In this document: positions 48,780 to 54,561 of the stretch, one piece after another
How positions within the stretch are numbered: position 1 is the stretch's first letter
Layout: each line of letters begins with the position of its first letter
Source of the DNA: Trichinella spiralis
Lineage: Eukaryota
NCBI RefSeq assembly: GCF_000181795.1
Contig: NW_003526943.1
Coordinates: 5,027,081-5,081,641 of the forward strand
Direction: 5' to 3'
Length of the DNA stretch: 54,561 nt
The notes under the pieces: generated by a model
Told to the model about the DNA's origin: nothing
Database searches by the model: none
The model's input: only the letters and a program-made list of their open reading frames with translations
Program-made: the position numbers and the translations under genes

Positions 48780-50174
48780 ATATATACAAGGTGCTATAAT
48801 CGTAGAGGTTCAGGTGTATGATATGATATGACAATTAAAATGTTCTACACTAATTTCATTATAAAGCAATCTACTCGTCGCTGCTGAACTCCGTAAGCTC
48901 ATTTTACGCGTATAGTTATCATCCATTTGCCGCACCACCATCTCGGTTTTACCCTGTACATCGGTGATCAGTTGTAGAAACTGATGAAACCCCAGGTGGT
49001 GCTTTCGTGCTCTTTTTGTCATACGGTTCTGCCAACCTTCCAGATAGTTGTTGGAGCGCACAGGCACACCATGAACATCCCGCTGGAAGTACTGGAACAA
49101 AGCTTTCATTTGACCCGACGCCCCAACATTTAAGATTTCAAAACCCGCGGGTACAAGGTTCACCGGAAAAAGTGCTAATGCCATCAGCATTTTCACTTTT
49201 TTTACCTACTGATTGTTCATATAAAATCATTTTTTAATCCAAGCCGGCTTGGCAAAAGTGGAAGAAGCAAGCTTGCACTCGGGTGTTGTGGAAGTTGTCT
49301 TGAATGGCAGGGATAAAGTCTGTTTCGAAATCGCAAACAAATTTTGCCGGATTAAAGTTGGGCGCCAAGTTCTTCCGCTTTGGAAAGGAGCACTTCAAAT
49401 ATCCGGCTATACATGGGCAGATCTTTCCCAACAGTTATACAATATCCGACGGTCAATAACCATCATAAACAAATGAAAGATAAACAACTGTTATCACGAT
49501 GGGAGAATCTTAAAAGTCCCATCCCCGCACCAGCAGTTACTCTGAGCCAGCAGCCTCACACCAGGTTCAGTGGCAAAAATCAATTTATCATTGGTCGGCA
49601 AATAATATATTCAACATTGCTCGCCGGAGTTTACTGTTGTTTGTTTGGCAGGAGCTGCAGCTCACTGCCCAGTTGCCGGTAAGCGTGGGTATTTCCGGGC
49701 CAGACGGTTGTACATTGTGTGCCGCGCCTGGTCCCACGTTGGAAAATGCGCGGCAGTGTCTAAACTGATGGAAGAATTGCTTGCAAGCTCATTGATATTT
49801 CCATCACCGGTCTCGTATCTTCTGAGGCCAGCCGTCTCAACTCGGCAAGCTGCTGGTGATGGTAAAATGCGTGAGGGTTTACCGGGCAGCTTTCCGCATG
49901 CTCACTTAAACGGATGACTTATGTGGCTTCCAAATTTGTGGACAGTGTGCCACGGCAGCCTCTCGATCTCTAAATTGGAACAGAAATGGCTCGCTTGTAA
50001 TATTAGAATAATAATAACGTTGTACATTGAGACAATTCTGCTTACTTCAGTACACATCCAATACTTATCATTACGATTCGTCCTCTTCAACGTGTAGCAC
50101 CTTCCTCTGTACACCAATTTTTGTTGATTCTTTGTTATCGTCAGGAATTGAATTACATCATATGCATCCATCAT
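48780..50174 (-). mobile_element. Degenerate Mutator-like (FLYWCH + MULE) transposase
   Basis: KLVYRGRCYTLKRTNRNDKYWMC (FLYWCH-like), FVCDFETDFIPAIQDNFHNTRVQACFFHFCQA (MULE DDE with CxxH) and RSNNYLEGWQNR. Broken by frameshifts. Confidence 0.88.
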
Positions 50175-52355
50175 TTAAAAAATCACTGTGTGTTATTTGT
50201 AGATAATTCAAAACCAATTTATGAAGTAGAATTCAATTTTATTCAGTTGGAGCAAAAAAGATAGTGAGCAAGCGGCTTAGGAACAGTCAAGAGTTCGGTT
50301 AGATAGCTTATATCTCGAAGATCTTTTCATTTTGAATTGCATTTTAAATACTTTTTGCAACATTTCGTTTTCATTTCTCCCTTGATCAGCAACTGAAGAT
50401 CAACTGTCACAATGTGGTGCCAACGCCTTTTGTCAATGTTGACAGAACATGATTAACCACACGCAAATGCTGACATCAAAGAACGCGATGTCCACTGCAG
50501 AGTGCATTTGAAGCAGCTTTAAGCGCTTTTCTGCTTTGTGCTGTTCATCACTTTCTTTCTGCTTTCGAAGTGCTTCACTTTTATTTATCCATGCGAGTGC
50601 AAAAATGCTGTTCAAAATAAATGTCAGTCAACAGTTGCTTTCCCTCGTCATATAAACTACCTTCTTAGCTAACAATTAAATCAGATTTATGCCTAAGGTT
50701 CTTTTTTGTTTGTCAGATATTGTTCTTCTGAGTAGCTAAAGGCTATTCAAGTACAAAGGGAAAATCTAAAATTTATAAATTGTCAACAGCTGCAGTTTTC
50801 GGCTGAAAGTAGGATTGTGATTGCTGAATGTTAGCATCGACATATTTTCTGATTTCACCTGTAGTGTTCTCTGAAAATGTTTCTGGTTTCGATGAGAATC
50901 TTATCTTTGCTTTCTTTCAAGTTTCTTTAGCACCCGTTCACAAGAGTTATTGTTTTTTCTTATGTTTATTTTCAATTAAAAAATAAGAATATGGGATTTT
51001 ATTTAAAATAACCATCTGTGATTATACATTTTGTGTAAACTGTATTAAATTTGTTTTTCAATATCTAAAGTAGACCGACTACTGGGTTGACTAAACATTC
51101 AAGTTTCAACTGTTGTATTACGATGATAACCACATGTTGAACATTCCAGATCAAAAAGGATCTGTTGCATTTCGAAAACATTTCACCAAACAAAAGTGAA
51201 AGCAAAGAAAATTATTTTTCATCTCAAATTCACTCCATCATGGCTGGGAACGTTATCTTTCTCTAGCACTGCATATTTTCTGCCAAAATATGATCATTGC
51301 TGATTATCCTCGTCAGCAGGCATGAAGCATATATTGATCTTTCATTTGCTGCCGGACTTTCATCCCCATTGTTAAGAGTGAACAGTATCATGGGGTTCAC
51401 TGTCTTGGTCACACAATGAATTCATTTGAGAAAGCGTCTGTCTGTAGCATTGTAAAAATTCCAGACCGCAAATATCCTTGTTTGAATTTGTGCCTTGTGC
51501 ATTTCTATGGTATATGTCAAGAAGTATTTGGTGCAGTATCCACTGACATCACATTGTATCGATAATCTGTGAAAATTTTCTGAGATGTAGCATTGAACTG
51601 AAAATGCTTTTGGCTAGCTTAGGGAAAATTTAATGCATATGTGTGTTGGTCTAGTGAAATTTCAGAAAATTCTGCGTGATGAATTTTGACCATGCTCATG
51701 ATAATCGCTGCACAACTTTCTTCATTGCCAAATTAGTTGACAAGGCTAGCTTTGTTGCCATCGTAAAACGTCATTACGTGTCAAATTATGAAAACAATGA
51801 ATGACCCATATCTAGATAAGCATGTTCATTTAATCTCTCTTTGTCTCAATATCTTCTTTAAGCAGTTGATTTGTTGCTTCTATATTTTTTTCAGAATGAT
51901 GCAATTGGATAATAAAGATATTCAATTTGTAAAGGACAAGACCATCAATTCTATTTTTCTTCTATTTACTTTTCAGTGGTCATCACTAGCTTGTGCTATT
52001 TTCTGTGTCTTAGATTTGAGATATATTTTCGCATGATACGAATAAATAATGATGAAATTCAGTTTGTATCTCAAAGAATCAGCATAAGGTAATACACAAA
52101 GGGAACTGCTGCACGCTGAAGCGCAAAAGTCATAATAATAAATACTGGTTGTGAGCAATGATTCAAACAGTGGCTTAAAATAGCACATTAAAATAATCTT
52201 CTGTAATCAGTGAAATGTAAAAAGACAAAGCTTTTTACAAGCATCATTTGCTAAGTCCAAAACATATATACACTATTTCACATTACATATAAAAGAAGAA
52301 CTTTGTTTCGAAAAATAAGAAATGTGATTATTCATGTCCATATTAGGTAATTTAC

Positions 52356-54400
52356 TGGTGAAGCATCCCATATTTGGGCAACCTTAGATGGAAAACAATC
52401 ATCCCATCAATGACCAAGGCTAAGCAGCTAATCAAGTGATACAAATTATTCAATCAATTATTGATGCAAACTGGGTAACAAATAAAACAGCATAACTCAT
52501 TAGCCAATTACTAAGCAATAGCCGTACAGCCAATCAACAGCTCGCCAATCACAAATAAGGGGAGGAGTTAGGGGAAATCGGTACTGGACAAAGTAGGACG
52601 ATCCCGTTCATCAGAACAACGCAGTCGTACAGATCAAGTGGTTGCGCAACCAACCAGGTTACTGAATTTCTCCTCAGAGATTTCGGCCACAAGACGCAGA
52701 GCCAGCTCAACCAATATGTATAAATACGAGCGAGGAGAAATGACAGATGAACACACGAAGTGAAAGCTATCTGAACGCCTGGTTGTTCATTAGCTGCTGT
52801 CTCATTGCCTGTTCTTTGCTTCAACTAAATGAAATTCAATTCTGCCACACATATTGTTTTGGATTATCTATAAATAACTTATACAGTCAATTCCTGAAAG
52901 ATATTCAAGTTCCATCAGAAGGATTTTCCAACATATTTTTGGTCCTCTGAGCCGGATTCGAACCAGCGACCTATAGATCAATCACCGACAACAAACGATT
53001 CAAACAGAACTATGAACAACCGGAAGAGACGAACCGCGACATACAACTCTGAAATGATAGCATGGACACACTGATGGACCAGAGTAACCGACACTGAAGC
53101 TATCTGAGAAGTGTCCAGCGCTTTATAACAGACGAAGCAACCCTGTTTCAGCTCACAACAACTACGGCTGGATGGCATCTCCGAAGAAGAGAGATCAGAA
53201 GCTATCGTCGAATTTGACGAGCTAGTTGCTAGGTTCCTGGTCATACAACGCCGAGTGGACGAACTGCTGAGATACGACCGTCGAGTACGACAACTCAGCC
53301 TTCGGGTAAACAGCAGCTCAGCTCAACAATGCTGATCCCAAAATTGCCAACTTACATTGGAGACGTTCTACAATTCTAGGGCTTTTGGGATCCATTCGAG
53401 GCTGCGGTGCGTCGCTGAGAAGATCTACGAGGTGTCACCAAACTAGTGCATCTGCGTTCCTTCAATGAACATCAAGCAATTGAGGGTGTAACCACCGCTG
53501 CTGAGAACTATCTGACAGTAGTGCAGCTCCTGCATGACCGCTTCTACAGAACAGCTTAGGCTCTGGACGCACACATACTTGAGATGCTCAACATGGAAAC
53601 CAGTGTTGCCAAAGAAAGAGCAGCTCTGCTTTTACTGCATGACAAACTAAACAGACACGGCATAGTGTTCAATGCGATCAGTAGGGACCTCGACACAGCC
53701 GTGTCTGGTTTTTGAGTGATGCTCCCATTCATTGTCTCTCATCTGCTGCGAGAGATACAGTCTTGATGGAAGGTTCGAGTTGAAGAGCTTTCTGAGGAAC
53801 AAATGACTTTGCAGACATTCCTCACGTTTCTGGCAACAAAAGCCCAGTGTGTAGTAGAACCCAGTGACTCCACCGAGGAGACCTGAATCCCCCTCCGCAC
53901 GCAAAGACGTTCGACTGCAGGCTATACTGAGACAACAGTCATACCAGCCCAGAACAGTCGACGCCCTCCACACGGCGCTTCCGACTACGTGTGCAGTGTG
54001 TCAAAGTGAAAACACTGAGTGATGGCCTGCCCACAATTTCGAAGTCAAGAATTGGTGGAACGGAAACAACAGCAGCATAACCTGGCATGTGCTTCACCTG
54101 CCAAGCTCAAGGCCACAGATCAGACCGGTGCAGACTGAAAGAACGTGGCTGGAGAACGCATCGTCTGCTAACAGCAACGGTCCTGAGCAGACGAGTGCAA
54201 ATATCAGAGAAACTCGACATCACAAATGCACCATCCAGAAGGAAAACACGGTCTTAACAGTCAAGGGAATCAGCGGCATGCATTGCATCCAGATTTGGCC
54301 AGAAGAGTACCGGTTTCATTGTGCTCAAATCGAAGACATCATGAAATGACCTTTAGGAATCTCTGGGAGCACGACTGTATCAGCATCCAGAATCAGAACG
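52356..54400 (+). mobile_element. Degenerate BEL/Pao LTR retrotransposon: 5' LTR (to ~52933), tRNA-Tyr PBS, gag remnant
   Basis: CCAAT-rich LTR with TATAAAT, ending ...CCAACA, followed by PBS TGGTCCTCTGAGCCGGAT. Gag fragments LPTYIGDVLQF*GFWDPFEAAV, KLVHLRS and AIEGVTTAAENY...LLHDRF resemble DUF1759. Cys/His knuckle remnants and LWEHDCISI follow. LTR start approximate. Confidence 0.85.
52940..52978 (-). other. tRNA-Tyr 3'-half-derived sequence (primer-binding site), not a tRNA gene
   Basis: Reverse complement ATCTATAGGTCGCTGGTTCGAATCCGGCTCAGAGGACCA contains the T-arm, the acceptor 3' strand and an encoded CCA. There is no 5' half. Confidence 0.85.
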
Positions 54401-54561
54401 GTTTGGTCCAGACCGGTCCCACTTTTCACTTATTGGTCGTTGACCACGCTATTTTATTGGGCCGTCAAGTCGTTGTCTTATTGGTTTTCCTTGTCTGATT
54501 GCTCATTGATTCAAATCTTTCCCTTGTGATGATTAGCTGTAATATTTGTTCATTTTATTGG

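Noticed and set aside
50400..52200. Coding-like composition on the minus strand between the MULE and BEL/Pao relics
   Set aside because: Frames are heavily interrupted with no motif I can name; probably decayed repeat.
52940..52978. tRNA-Tyr gene
   Set aside because: Only the 3' half is present, with encoded CCA, directly after an LTR end; it is a primer-binding site.

Overview
AT-rich, intron-dense eukaryotic DNA with many microsatellites. The gene content suggests a nematode, probably clade I (Trichinella-like); this is inference. Recognisable genes: a KXD1-like gene with a locally duplicated, diverged neighbour; unc-119; an orphan coiled-coil gene; histone H1; a 4-exon trehalose-6-phosphate synthase/phosphatase fusion; dynactin p27 (DCTN6); and UFM1. 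The main hidden structure is an ICE2/NARG2-like gene (little elongation complex) that I assembled by hand from at least 17 exons over about 17 kb on the minus strand. Its large introns carry, on the opposite strand, the complete H1 gene, a well-formed miR-279-family hairpin and a weaker miR-36-seed hairpin. Transposon relics: Tigger/pogo, hAT, Mutator/FLYWCH, a solo LTR with a 4-bp TSD, a BEL/Pao element with an unusually long tRNA-Tyr-derived primer-binding site, and a degraded LTR of the same family. All homology calls come from recalled motifs, not database searches.
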